A DNA stretch of 64,000 nt from Lingula anatina (Eukaryota; Animalia; Brachiopoda): assembly GCA_051362555.1 (NCBI GenBank), contig CM120646.1, positions 434,001-498,000 of the forward strand. The letters are read 5' to 3'. Below the pieces are notes generated by a model. It did no database searches, was not told the origin of the DNA, and saw only the letters and a list, made by a program, of their open reading frames with translations. Made by a program: the position numbers and the translations under genes. Shown piece after piece: positions 21,925 to 35,435 of the stretch. Every line of letters starts with the position of its first letter. Position 1 is the stretch's first letter.

Positions 21925-24900
21925 TCAACTAGTTGGAACCAGTTCAAAATGATCTTGCTCCATTGGTTTCTTAATCCAGGCGCCTAGTCCTTGCGTCTCA
22001 AATGCTTTGAAAAGCTTCTGTTTTGCGAGCTGATAGTCAACAGCATTGGCCTTTGCCTCTACATAGAAACGAGGGAGCTCCGTCTGCCCTGACGCAGCTG
22101 AAACTTTGCCAAAGAGCTCATGGAAACAACGATAGAGAGCATGCTTGCAAACTCTGGATGGCTGTCCGTCTTCTGTCTTTCCTGTCGTAGCATTCACTAC
22201 CTCCAAGCTGGGGTCTCCAATGCACCAATTGACACTAAAACCTGGAGCTTTGCCTGGAAAATCATAGAATAAGACGGAGAAATAAAATTCATGCATGTGA
22301 CTGATTAGACAAATAGTATCACTTAGAGAAAAGTAAAATTTGCAACATACAAGCTAGTCCAAAACCAAACACATTTTTTGCACTGATGCAACCACTCTAA
22401 TTCTCCTGTAGTCTATCTAGAGTGCCCCAGAACAGTACCAACCTGGCTGCCTGCTCTCAGGGTTGCTGATTCCACTGAGAAGCGGTGTGTAGAGCTGGTA
22501 GGGTTGGGGGAGGTCCTCTATGCTGCCTAGTCTGATGTACAGAGCCCGGGACAGGTGCTCTCTGTGGTACAAGCTGCCCAGGATGACACTGCTGAAGTAG
22601 ATGGGGTCCACAAAGTGACTGAGGAGGGCACCTGCAGGGAAGAAGAAGTACATGTCTTAATTCCTGTGCAGGCTAAACTAGTAGAATTATAGAGAAAAAC
22701 AACAATTCTTATTCAACCATATAGGGGGCAAAACACTTAAGATGAGACAAATTTCCCGCGTCATTTCATCTCACACAAACTTTTCACATTTTTTCTTGTG
22801 CAAGGATCATAACATTATATACATGACCAGCTTATCTTGTCTCAATGCTCTAACTGTATGCTAGGAGGAGCAATTGCCAGTGTTGACATCTTCATACCTT
22901 GAACCCCGAGAACGTTCCACCGTGCCAGCTTGTCACTGCAGGACATGGTGAGAAGACGCTCCCCCTGAAGTACACCGTCCCATGTCTGTACTGGAGAGTT
23001 GGCTTTCACTGGAATGGTGCCTGGAAGAACAGACAAATTTGACATCAGTGCCATCTTTTGAACAACACAGAGCAGCTGCAGTGTGGACTCTGGTTGTAGA
23101 TTTTGCTGTCCTTTATCTTTACTAAGTTCAGATTTCTGTCTCTGAAATGGCGCTTACAAGTACAAGATATAAAGTTTCACAGCAATTACTTGATTTCTCA
23201 GTCCAACAGCATGAATATGTCTGAAAAAGATTTCTGTAAATTTTCAAAAGCTTTAGATGTTATATTAGTTTTTATGGAAAAAGCAGATTCTATTCTGAAG
23301 AGTAACATTCTCCATTATAAAACAAGGTTCCATCTAAAAAGTTCTCAGGTAAATGTCATTTTGACCTTTAACTTTTTTTTTTCGCATGGAAATAAAAAAG
23401 AACCAACAAAAAATGGTCCCCTCACCTTCTCCAGATTCGATCTTTGTCCTTAGCTGCCCTCGCGCCCGTCTGTTTGGATGGCGGTCAGAATTGTCATCCT
23501 GACCCAATTCATGGGGCGAGAATATTCTGGCGTCCCCACAGGGGCTGGTGCTTATATACAGGTGAAAATTGACGTCATCTTTCAGACGGTAGCCACCGCC
23601 ATCTTTGGGGGTAAAGATGCTCTCTTCACTGTTCTCGTTATTTACATGGAGCTTCAGTTGGGAGTAGAAATAGCGCAGTAAGCAGCGTCGTGCGATGATC
23701 TCTGCATGACAGTCGTTCAGTCCATACCCGTGATCGTTGATGTGTTCACCGTTGATGCATTTTGTTCCTGTTGACAGTGTTATTACCTGGAAAATGAACA
23801 ACTGTGCAAATAACAGATGTGCTGTGAGACAAGTTGAAAATCAGAAATATTCTGAAAAATTTTCCATTTAACAATACATTTTATCAAACTTATTCCCTTT
23901 GAGTGTCATAACATACAGCTTACGCACATTCATTAGACATCTGATAAATTAGCTTTCACTTCTTATGTAGTACAGCAAACTATCACCATTTATCATTATT
24001 TAATTTGCATGTATGTTAACCATAATGCCATATTGAATTTTCTCCAAATTTTAAATGTGACTCCCAGACTCCTCCAGAGGAACCCACCTTTCCCGGCTCG
24101 TCTTTCTGTGTCTGAACTATTCCAGCCAGGACCTTACGGCGCGACTGCGGGGTTGTCATGTTGTTAGTCAGCTCCGCAAACTTCTCATGGACTGCACCAA
24201 CAACGAGGTCGGCAAGTATTGCTGGCGCAGTCCCAGAGAAGTTGGGCCCAACTACCGGCTGTAGAGCTGATAAAATAAAATGAAACATCAGGATATTTAC
24301 ATATCTTTGCCCAAAGATTCTTGCTTGTAAACATGGGCTACGTGACGAGCAATGCCTTTTAAGTCTATCAGCCTCACTGCTGGCTGGCAAGTGATTTTAT
24401 ATCAAAACTTTCTTGATAATTGATTTTGTCTGGGTATACCCAGTATAGAAAGATGACAGCAGTTTTAACTTGTGCCTTTTAAACATTAATCAATGAGACA
24501 TATTTGTGAACACTATCACTATAAAGACAGATTGCGCAAATGTCATTACAAGAAAAGAACATATGACAATGTTCCGACTTATGGGGCCCTGTGCTCAAGG
24601 GACCTTTTTACTGCTTCATTAAGTTTTCAGTTGTATTTCTTCTTACCGCACTTTTAATTGCAGACTATAAAGTTCTACTAAAATTCATTGAATGAGAACA
24701 TAAATGTAAATTAAGGATAATACCAATCATTTCGGCTATGTTGAATATGAGACGCATTAGCAAAGGACGTAATATAAAATATTGGCAAAATATCTCACTT
24801 CCTTCTGCCACGTTTGTACAGAGTTTCCTGCCATCTGAGACAATTTTTTCTGGTCATTGCCCAAATGAGCTAAACTAGATTCAACAATTGGAAGCTAAAT

Positions 24901-27292
24901 CTTTAACTTGACTAGAATGGTCCACTTGTCAATATCCCTTTGGACTCAAGATACAGATTTTTGTTTCAAGGAATCATTTCAACAATGTGCCAGATGGACA
25001 AATAAATCCTCAGAGAGCTGGCAACAACATGTTTGCAACTAAGAAATTTCTAAATATATTTTCATTGTTCTGAGATTATTATCCTGCATGAATGGTGCAC
25101 ATGAAAGGGCACCCTCTCTCCCCCAATAATAATAAAAACCCTGATAAAAATGGGTGCTCACATACACTGTTTGTGCAAATACAACACCCAAGTATGTTAA
25201 GCATAAAAAAAAATTTCAATTTTTGGATGGAAAATCTGCAGGCTTGTTTTGAAGCAATTCTGCAGCAAATGGGACAAACCATGTGACCAATTTGCTGCAG
25301 ACTAGCTCTCTATAAACACACAATGTACACTGGAGAGCAAAAGCAACACAACTTAAAATATCACATATCTAATATACTGCAAAATCTGGTTATTAAAAAA
25401 AATTTAAGTGTTAACCGACAATCTGATCATTTTTTTAAGTAAAGTATTAACATATACTCTTTAAGATGTAAAGATAATTCAAATTTAAATTATTTAGTAC
25501 ATGTCCAAAACTATTATGCCATAGAAGAGAATTACATAAAATATTTCAAACAGAGCGTTTTTGGAGATTCAGATTTTCAATGAGAGTTCTAAATATAAAG
25601 CTCTACATAAACCAGATTAAGCAGTAATGTTTGTAGTGTGCTGCCAATGCTCTCATAACACTGTGGAAGACATACACACTGGCGTAGTCTGGTAGCACAC
25701 TTATGTCTGCGTGGATACAGAACTCAAAGTATGAGCAAATAATAGGATGAATAAAAAAGAAATATTAATCTATGAAACTATAACGACTGTTATCTAGACC
25801 AGATAAAAAGGAATGGATTCTCTGAAAGGTGCAGTGCACTAAACAAAATTAAAATTTGACATAATTTGAAAAAGGAAAATTAGGCTGTTTAACTAAAGCC
25901 CATTTACAGGGGAAAAATAAAGAAATAATGTTCACTACATAAAACTAAAAAAACTGAATTTTTCTAAAAAAGACTTAGTCAAAGCATCTATTTGCTAAGT
26001 GTGATAAAAAAGCCATGCTATAAGAAAAAACTTGTGCAGGTCTTCTAGAAAAACAAAAATTTTTAATAAGATCCACAGACAGAAATGTTACACCAAACTA
26101 CACTTCATATATGTCTTCCTATTGTCAACATTCTGCACACCAGGGGGAGCTGTTCTCAGGGAAAGATAGCTGACTAAAGCTTCAAACAAAATCCCCGAGG
26201 AAACAAGATCTCATCTTTAGATACCAGTATTTGGCAAAATTTCTCTAACATCCTTGTTTTTCTTATCTTCACCAGTGTTAATTTCTTTTGTTTAAAATTG
26301 TCTGCAACAAAACAAAACAAAACAAGAACCAAAAGAGAAAAGATGCCAGGCAGAGTGACAAAAGCTGAAATGAGTGAGAACAGAGCCCCCTGGTGTGAAG
26401 AATGCCTGTGCTGTAGCTCTACCTGGAGCCTGGGAGATTTCCAAGTTGAAGATCTTGCTGAGGGCGGCCTGAGCCGCATGCGCCTTGGCAACTTTTTTGT
26501 TTCTCCCCGAACCCTGAAATGTCTCTCCATCCACCGTCACCTCCATAGTGAAGCTCTTAGCGTGGCTCTCTCCCGTTTCAGAGACAAACTCATATTTCAG
26601 TCCTGGCCGCTGCTCGTTAAGAATCATGACGGGATTTTTCCCAGAGGGCTGGGGAGGGATAGGTTTCGGCAGCCCAGACCCATTTAACGAGGCAGGGGCT
26701 GGGTGCATAGCGCCATCTATATTTAGAGCTACCTGTGTTCCATTGCCATTCTGGTTGTCCCCATGCTGCTGGTTGGACTCAAAACTATTGAAGATGAGAT
26801 CAGCATTTTCTGCTGCATCTGACGTAAAATCTGCATTGGTCACCATTTGCTTTCCCATGGCCTGCATTGCCTCTGATGCATTGGGAAACTGGACAAACGA
26901 CCGAAGGGCTTTCTCTGCGGCATTGAGCTTGGCCCTCTTTTTAGTGTTCCCAACACCTTCAAATGCCTGTCCGTTCACCTCCACAGAGATAATGAAGGTG
27001 GGCGCATGCACGGGGCCGCTCTGCGACATCACTTTGTACTGTAGCCCAGGCTTGATTTCATTAAGTTGCATCAAAGCGTTTTTGGGGAGAGGAGGACCTG
27101 ATGTCTTCTTCCTCTTTTTCTTCTTCCCCCCACCATCTAGCTGATCTGGAAATGGCCGCTTTCTGCCTCCTGGCAGCATCTCGATGTCTCCGTCTGAGTC
27201 TTCCTGAGTTGGTATGTCCTCTGCCTGACCTTGTTCTGCTTCTTGACGCTGTTTCTTTATTTCTTCTTCTATGAAATCAGGCTGTGGTTCAC
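21925..27292 (-). CDS. ADARB1: Double-stranded RNA-specific adenosine deaminase ADAR2 (5' partial, about 683 aa seen); exons 27292-26423, 24266-24088, 23786-23426, 23020-22898, 22631-22443, 22253-21925
   Basis: NLS GRKRPF..KKKKRKK; dsRBD1 [37 protein letters not shown]; dsRBD2 [26 protein letters not shown]; deaminase motifs [43 protein letters not shown]; C-terminus [11 protein letters not shown]. All junctions GT-AG and phase-compatible. The first seen exon starts in phase 1 at an acceptor, so the start exon probably lies further upstream. Confidence 0.96.
26129..26404 (-). repeat. 30-bp intronic inverted repeat (27/30) next to the ADAR2 dsRBD-exon donor
   Basis: Plus 26129-26158 CATTCTGCACACCAGGGGGAGCTGTTCTCA versus reverse complement of 26375-26404 CATTCTTCACACCAGGGGGCTCTGTTCTCA. 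Confidence 0.9.
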
Positions 27293-28724
27293 CTGAAATG
27301 ATAAGACAACATAAGATAAAGAGTGAGACTGAACATTAACATTACATAAGATTAAGTATTACCCTGACTTTGGTAAAATAATTGTAGCAGGTGCTCAAAA
27401 AGTTTTATGTAGCAGCAGGTGGAACCCGACAGCATCATAATTCTTATTGCAGGAATACATTGCTTCCTGTTACAAAAAAATCCTTCTTAACATGTCTACA
27501 GTGAATTTACATTTTAGGCATCCTTCTCTGTTGTATCTGTAGCAAGGTATTTCCCAGAGAGCCCTCTAGCCATCATTTGGACAGCCACTGGGCTCAAAAG
27601 ATGGCCTATATTTTCAAAGACAGCTGGATCCTTTAAGAAATTTCTGGGGAATGACGGTATATTTGTAGTTGGACTCCCTGTAAATTGGTGACAAAATCAG
27701 AGATCAACATTTTGGACACCCTGTATCCCAAACCCTGGGGAAACCCTCTAATCTGTTGTGATAGAAAATACTATACACTTGGTTAAAACTGTTCTAAATA
27801 CATGCAGAGAAACGATTCAGAACCATGTTGATTCTTGTCACCCCAGAAGAGACCTTTTAATCGGCAACCTATAAGCATGGACGTAATGAATTCTTACATC
27901 ATAGGTCTTATCTCACTCAGAGCTGGGTATCAACACTGGAATTTGTACCTTAGATATGTAAACCTTGTTTTGAAATGAACAATAATTAAAATACATATTG
28001 CAATTTTATAACTGGCCAAAGTCAAATGTAGTCTGAAAACCCTTTAGAACAGATATACTGTATATATAAGTGATATTTTTTTCTTATTTAGATAAGAAAT
28101 GGTGTCATCGGGCTTTGTCACCTGGGTTAACAATGAAATTAAAATATGTATGTTAATAAAAAAGTAGATCACCACTCATAAATAGACCCTCTAATTGAGT
28201 TCTAAATTGGATACCAAGCATCAAAGGAAGTCTTGAAATAAAGAAAAATTATTCTTCACCCAATGATGGATCCCCATAATCCATCATCACTTTTAAGGTT
28301 AATGGAATAACTGAAAGCTAATTAAGCCCTCTTTGCCTAATTCCTCTTCCCATTATATTTTTCATCACCTAAGGCAAAAGATTAATGTGCTGTTATCTTC
28401 TATCTTCAGGTTAAGTCACAGTGTGATCAGTCAAAATGATGGCTCATTTCTCATCTTCATGGTTGAATTAACTGGAGTAATTACCTGTCTATCTAAACAG
28501 AAATGTACATTTTAAGATTCCAAATCACAGGACTCTGAATGTATAGACTTGTCATTAAACATGTTATTTACTAATATTTAAAATAACACCTGAATACTAA
28601 GAGGATCTTTCTTAAGCAATGGGTTTTAATCCCTGGAGGAGGCAATCTTGTATATTGATACCACAGTGACTGTAATTGTAATTCAAAGAATGCAATACCA
28701 GTAAGACACTCTTGTCAAATAGGT

Positions 28725-28883
28725 CAGGGGCGGATTTAGGCCGTCTTCTGGGTCACGGTCAGATTTTCAAGTTTACATTGTCAGCCAACTAATGTTTTCT
28801 GTTGGAAGACGGTCAAAAATGAAAGATGGATCAACAAAGATAATTTGGAAGACTGTCAGAAAATATATCTGGATCTGCCCTTG
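28725..28883. mobile_element. MITE with CAGGGGCGGAT-type TIR and 5-bp target duplication
   Basis: CAGGGGCGGATTTAG at 28725 versus inverse CAAGGGCAGATCCAG ending at 28883; exact TAGGT on both flanks. Confidence 0.75.
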
Positions 28884-29259
28884 TAGGTACTCTTATTTTA
28901 CAATGATCTTTTATTTGCAACATGTTCACATTATTGCTAATTTCCTTAAAAACACACAATTACAGAAATCATCTGGGACATCCAAACATTTCACGAAAAA
29001 TTAGTTAAACTGCAGCAATCTTCTTGATTGACAAGCTCCATCACTTTGCAAGCACTCAACCTAATCATGTAAAATCACTTGCCTATCTCCCACAGCAGCA
29101 GAGAAATTACATGAAATGCCTGCATTAAAATGGATCACTTTATCCAACAGCAAGCATAAGATTGAATTAAGTCTGCTCTCTGGTATTTTAAATGATCAAT
29201 ACATCACATGATGCATCATTAACCTATGAGACAACAAACCAGTGAAAAAATTCCTTCCT

Positions 29260-29445
29260 ATTTCTCTCTCTAAATCTGTCTGCCTGTCTGTCTGTCTCTC
29301 CTTCCCTCCCCCCCCTCTCTCTGCATACCTACTCTCTCTCTACATCCCTACACACTCTCTCTCACCACTCTACTCTCTCCAACCCTATTCTCTCTCCCTC
29401 TTTCTCTCTCTACACCCCCTACATACACTTTCTCTCTCTCTCTCC
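29260..29445. repeat. CT-rich low-complexity tract
   Basis: Interspersed (CT)n, (TCTG)n and C runs. Confidence 0.8.
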
Positions 29446-32400
29446 TGAATAAGAGAAGATATCTCACCAAACCCTGTCCTTCTCATACATCAGTTCACCA
29501 GACCTTCTCCCAGTAGAATACCTCTAAAAACATGACAGCAAGAGTACATGTGACTGCCCATATCTCCAGGAGATAGAGGCACAAAGTCAACTGTTTGATT
29601 GAGAGCAGGGATCTTAACAACACAGCACAGGTGGAGATAACACTATCTATCAAAATATTGGGAGATCTGCTAGGGTAAAATGGAGGATACATTCCTGAGA
29701 GGTCCAGATTTCCCTTACCTATATGTCATATGTCTGGAGATGAAATCACTGGATTTTCCCACATTTGTGCCAATAAAACTTCTTTTGCAGAATTCAATTT
29801 TCCAAATGAACAACCTAGTTTTATGTTTCTCAATAACATGTAAACTGCATGCAAGGTCTGCAAATAAATATCTGAGTAATTTCTGACATAATTCTGACAT
29901 TTTTTCAAGAAAACTTTCCCTACAGTATTCAATTTTCAAAATTAAACAACTTGGTCCCTAACTACTAGTAAATAACTCACTTACTTTTGGAGGTCTGATC
30001 AGTTCATCTCTCAGCCCAAAATATCAGGAATGACAGCTACAGCAATCCTAATAACTTGAACTATAGGCAGTTACAAGTAGACATCTTACCTTGCAACCCT
30101 TAACTGATGAAGGAGAAGCAAACGTCAGATTCATCACATGTTTCCTGCCAGCTATACCAGATTATCACCTTCCTTGTAGCTAATTATAATTACCAGATAA
30201 TATTGGCAATAGGGTTTCATAATGCATTACAAGAAAAACAAATTTATATATATTTTGAAAGAGGAAAAATTTGAAAGACAAGCTACCAACTTAAAAATCA
30301 ATATTTCAAAACTTTCAAACAATAAGCAGATCTTCTTAAAATATTGAAGCAGCAGCCAGTTTAACCAATATATAACTGTGTGGATAGTTTAGCCTAGATT
30401 AGTATCAATATATTAATCATAATATGTGGGAAATATATAAAATGACTACAAAACCATATTTTCACAAGATAAATCATGCAGAATAACTGACATCAATTAA
30501 TATAAGTGGGGTTTCCAGATGAATTGGGTCCAACTACCTCAGTTCACCCTATCTAAGAAATCTGTCTATATATACAGTTAACTTGGGGTCCACTCTAGTC
30601 TCTCTATTGTCCCACCTACCAACACTGGAGAAAAAGTCTTCAGCTATTAGAAAGGCTTCCTGTGGAGAACTAATCATAATCACATGGCCTGCTGAGATGA
30701 GTAGAATGAGGACAACTCAACTTGACCCTGAACACAACTTGGTATGTTAGCACCAACCACACTGCAGCTTTACAATGTCATTATTAAACAATATCATTAC
30801 ATATATTGTCATGTTTTGCCTAGCTGGAGTTAAATACACACACACACAGAACTAACCTAAACAACTTCTTTCCACTCCCCATAGCCAAAAGGCTGCAATG
30901 CTGCTATACGGTAATTATTCTGTATAACTGAACAGAACAAATTAAGCATAATAATAACTTTTCAGAAGTTCTGAATAGGAAGAAAGCTTTGTTTAGAAAG
31001 ACTTGTCTTGAAATAACTAAAACTGAAATATTGGCACAAACGAAGGATTTGAAACTTAAGAGATAATACCATACTTTCAAGTTATGTCACTGGTAGTTCT
31101 ATCCCAGAGAGCATCTGAGCCCAACCTGTGTTTGCACACACTATCTTACTGATGAGCTGCTTAAGGTAGATTAACACACAAACATACTCTGCTAGGTCAA
31201 CTTGACACCTTAACATATCAATAGAATTTATCTCTTAATTGACTTACACTGCACCTTGGTCTGATGAATACTATTTGTTTTTTGCCTGATAAATTTTGCT
31301 AATATTAGATGATGATGATGATGATGATAATAATTTACAGTTAAAACAGAATTTTGAGACAAAACAGCAATAATCTGTTTTCAAAGAAATTCAAACATTT
31401 TGCATTTTTCTAAGCCAATCACAGCACCACCTTCAGTAATTGACAATAATATTATTTGGTTTCTGATGACTGGCAGGGGTCACTGACTGACCAGTCTTTA
31501 TGTCTACACACTTCAACTGCTTGGTTAATGTTGATTGGCACACAGCTAATGGACCTACTGCTGAGCTTTCAACTTTTTCTAACCCCTAGTTAATGATCTT
31601 GTTTGATTTTGACCTCAGGACAGAGGGTTTCTGGGTCTTTCTCACACAAGGACCAATATGTGGTGAAATACTGAGAAATATCCATGATGTTTAGATCTTT
31701 GCTAATAGTTATATAATCACATCTAGAACTGTTCCCCACAGAAATCTGTTGGTGATTTTCACTCACTGCATATTCAGTTTAACATTTTACAGAGCCAACA
31801 AAACTTTTATTTCACATTTCTCACAATAAGTTGTGTTTCAAGTGGATATAGGTTGATACAACTAAGAACTTCACACCTCAGTAGTGTAATTGCTGTCAGC
31901 TCAACATGCACAGAAAATGAGAGCGTCCAGAAAATGGAACTTCAACATCTAAGGCTTGGTACAGGTCAACAGATCATGATTTGATGCAGTTGTAAGTCTT
32001 ATCAACTGGTTTTGAGTTGTCCTGATGAGAGAACTCACACTGCACATTTATATAATTAACCTGAGACATGGAGAGTGTTTTTTTAACCATTTTGATAAAA
32101 AAAATGCAAATCGATACAAGACTAAGTGGTAGATTCTTCATTGATTTTTTCATTCTTGCCTTCAACAGATCAAACATTAAGAGAACTACTTTGCAAAAGC
32201 GGCAAATCTAATTTCTTCTCCTCTAGTTGAACTTCCCAAACACGGAGCAGACGATGAATCAAAGTCAATATAATTATACATAATCTTCAGACGATGATGT
32301 TGGAGAACTCAGCAGTTCTTTCTGTGTCGCCAGGAGAGTAATTACAGTCTTATGGAGAGATAACTCTTCTATAAATCATTACTTCAGAGACAGTGAACAA

Positions 32401-34589
32401 CATAATGATTTGGGCAAATGTTGGTTGTTAGTGAAGCCTGCATCCCCCCCCCCCCGAATACCCTGAGTACGCTGACATATTGCAATTAACCAAGGCTAAG
32501 TAACACTTGTTAACTGAAGAGTGACAATCAAAATCTGCTAAATGGTTCACGATTATAAGGTAATGACTTAATTTCTTTAATGAGGAAAATTACGATTTTT
32601 AAAGGCACTGTATATTTTAAATCATTAATTTTTAAAATTAGAACATTTCTATTGTGTGATAGCAGCAAAGATGAAAAGCAGACTACCCTATGGTTCTGCT
32701 CTATGAAGTAAAACCAACACTCATGATACAGAAACATACCTTCAATAATTCAATTATTACAAATTGCGTACTGATATCTGAAAGATAATTTTTCCCCATT
32801 GAAGAGATTGAGTGTTACCATAAATGAATTCAAACCCAATTTTCCTAGTTCTACAATTGCCAAGAATTCAGTTTGTATAAATCAAGTGATTACTTCCCAT
32901 TCTGAAAACCCTTCTTCTTGCTATACTGATAAATTGTGATCCCCTCATGGTAATAACCAAGTAATTCTATTAGAGAATGATGTACTATCCTCCAGCAGTC
33001 ATTACAGCAGAATTCAACCAACTGATGGAGATTTCATCACTGAAGCATTCCCATCATGGCTAAGACTTAAAGGCAATCAGCAATCATTAACTGTTACTGC
33101 TCAAAGTAAGGACATAAAGATGACAAGACGAGCAGACTGTATGAGACTGGAAGTGTAAAGCTCTGGCCTAATAAACAGACTGGGCATTTGCGAACTCAGC
33201 ATCAGGTTTGTGAGCACAAATGCCTAAATTAATGACTTGAGCCACAAATTAAGAGAACCAATGTTAAATTAGTAGCCTCGCGTTCAGTGATAGGACCCAC
33301 AAATGATATATCCAGATTGTTTGTGTGGTTCATCACTGTGCTCATGGCGACTAAGACCCACTCCCAAAGATAAGATCGATCCAACTAGATCGACCTAACT
33401 CTCTGGGGGTTCACGCTAAATAGCTGTCAGCCGAGCGGGCACAAAAGATAATTACCCCCATACAGCTTGTAGTAGGCGGGACGGACATTTAAGCCAGATA
33501 ATCTGACAGTAATCTAGTGAGACTCCCCACAGAGATAGATCGATCTAAAATATATGGGAATGCGCCCTAATTTTACGTTGTGGTGATTGATTTGTAGCTT
33601 GATCCATTTGTGCTCTCATATCTGAGACTCATGTTTGCAAGCAGCAATTTTTATTATTTCTGAGGCTTGAACCTGGACTTGGGGTAGGCAGACAGTGAAC
33701 AGGTGCCCGCCATGCCTATAATTCCTATAATTTTCCATATTTTCTTTGACCAAAGTGCTTTATCTTAAGAACACTAGAAGCTGAGCCAACACTTGGCAGA
33801 GTAAGCTGGACTGAAGGTAGGCAGAAAACAGGTGCTTGTCATGCCTTCCATTTCTATAATATTCTGAATTTTTTTCACACAAAAATGTTTTATCTTTAGA
33901 ACATAGTATTGAAATGTGCCAGCAAACAGTGGCCGACAGCTCCTTACTTTAAATAACAGAGAATGTCTTAAATTATAAATATCCACGGTGTACATAGAAC
34001 AGCACAGCGAGGAACATGACAAGGTAATACTAATGTGATATATTTAAACAAAATATGTCAATTATATCTATTAAAGAAAATACTGTATTCTTACTTCTGA
34101 AAAGTGATCTTGGTGCATTTTTGATGACAAGTCTGCGAGCAATTAATGGCAAATGTTGAAAAAAAAAACTACTGGAAAATGTGAGTTGTTCAAAACTTAA
34201 GGTTCACTACTGTAACAGGTGTATAAAACTCCAGGAAATCCTGCAGGTGAGAGGACGTCACTCTCCAGGTGAGAGGATGCCAAACCAGGCCAAAAATTAT
34301 AGAAATATCAAAGCCTGGCAGTAGTAAACCAACCAACCAACCAACCAACCAACCATACACACACACAATGTGTAATATAAATGTGAAACTAGAGGATCAG
34401 AGAGGCGATACCGCCTCCGAATATTGTACCACCAGCTGGAGCAAGCACATTCGTATAGACCCCCACATACACAAAAAAAGGAAGACAGCCACCAGTCTTG
34501 TGCTTGACAAGCTGTAAAAATGCAATCAAAGAGAATTTTCAAAATATGCAAAAAATATATATATAACTAAAAAAATGGTACAATCAAAG

Positions 34590-35435
34590 TTAAGTTCATC
34601 ATAAGGTAGGTCAAAGGTCAATTCCAAGGTCACAGTAAATTGCCAGACTTCCTATTCAACTTCAATAGTAACTATGGGCCTATCTCTGCCAGGTTTGGAG
34701 TTAAAAGAGAAAGAAATTAGCAGAGTTCAGTTCATGATAATAAGTAGGTCAAAGGTCAATTTCAAGGTCACACTTAGATTGCCAGTATATAACTTCCTAT
34801 TCAAGTTCAATAGTAACTATGAACCTATCTCTGTCAGTTTTGGAGATAAAGGGGAAGCAAAATATGCAAAGTTCAGTTCATGGTGAAAAGTAGGTCAAAG
34901 GTCAATTTTAAGGTCACATGTAGATTGCCAGTATATGACTTCCTATTCAACTTCAATAGAGACTATGGACCTATCTCTGTCAGTTTTGGAGATAAAAGGG
35001 AAGCAAAATTTGCAAAGTTCAGTTCATGGTGAAAAGTAGGTCAAAGGTCAATTTCAAGGTCACACTTAGATTGCCAGTATATAACTTCCTATTCAAGTTC
35101 AATAGTAACTATGAACCTATCTCTGTCAGTTTTGGAGATAAAGGGGAAGCAAAATATGCAAAGTTCAGTTCATGGTGAAAAGTAGGTCAAAGGTCAATTT
35201 TAAGGTCACATGTAGATTGCCAGTATATGACTTCCTATTCAACTTCAATAGTAACTATGGACCTATCTCTGCCAGTTTTGGAGATAAAAGGGAAGCAAAA
35301 TTTGCAAAGTTCAGTTCATGGTGAAAAGTAGGTCAAAGGTCAATTTTAAGGTCACGTTTAGATTGCCAGTATATGACTTCCTATTCAAGTTCAATAGAAA
35401 CTATGGACCTATCTCTGCCAGTTTTGGAGATATAA
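34590..35435. repeat. 146-bp satellite array, about 6 units
   Basis: AGGTCAAAGGTCA recurs at 34608, 34746, 34892, 35038, 35184 and 35330 (138 bp, then 146-bp spacing); units are near-identical. Confidence 0.95.

Noticed and set aside
23517-23519. Drosophila-type ADAR Ser/Gly self-editing site in RIFSPHE
   Set aside because: The Ser codon here is TCG, with no adenosine, so A-to-I editing cannot recode it to Gly.
27293-27360. Mammalian-type ADAR2 self-editing that creates an upstream AA-to-AI acceptor
   Set aside because: I could not identify a duplex partner or a suitably placed AA by eye; no supporting evidence.
27541-27750. Possible CAGGGTTTCCCCAG-type MITE (similar end near 53460)
   Set aside because: The ends are too degenerate and no target duplication was found, so boundaries cannot be supported.
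30086-30150. ATG-containing candidate first exon with AAG|GTAAGA donor
   Set aside because: The open ATG ends in phase 0, out of frame with the phase-1 dsRBD exon; it could only be a non-coding or uORF exon.
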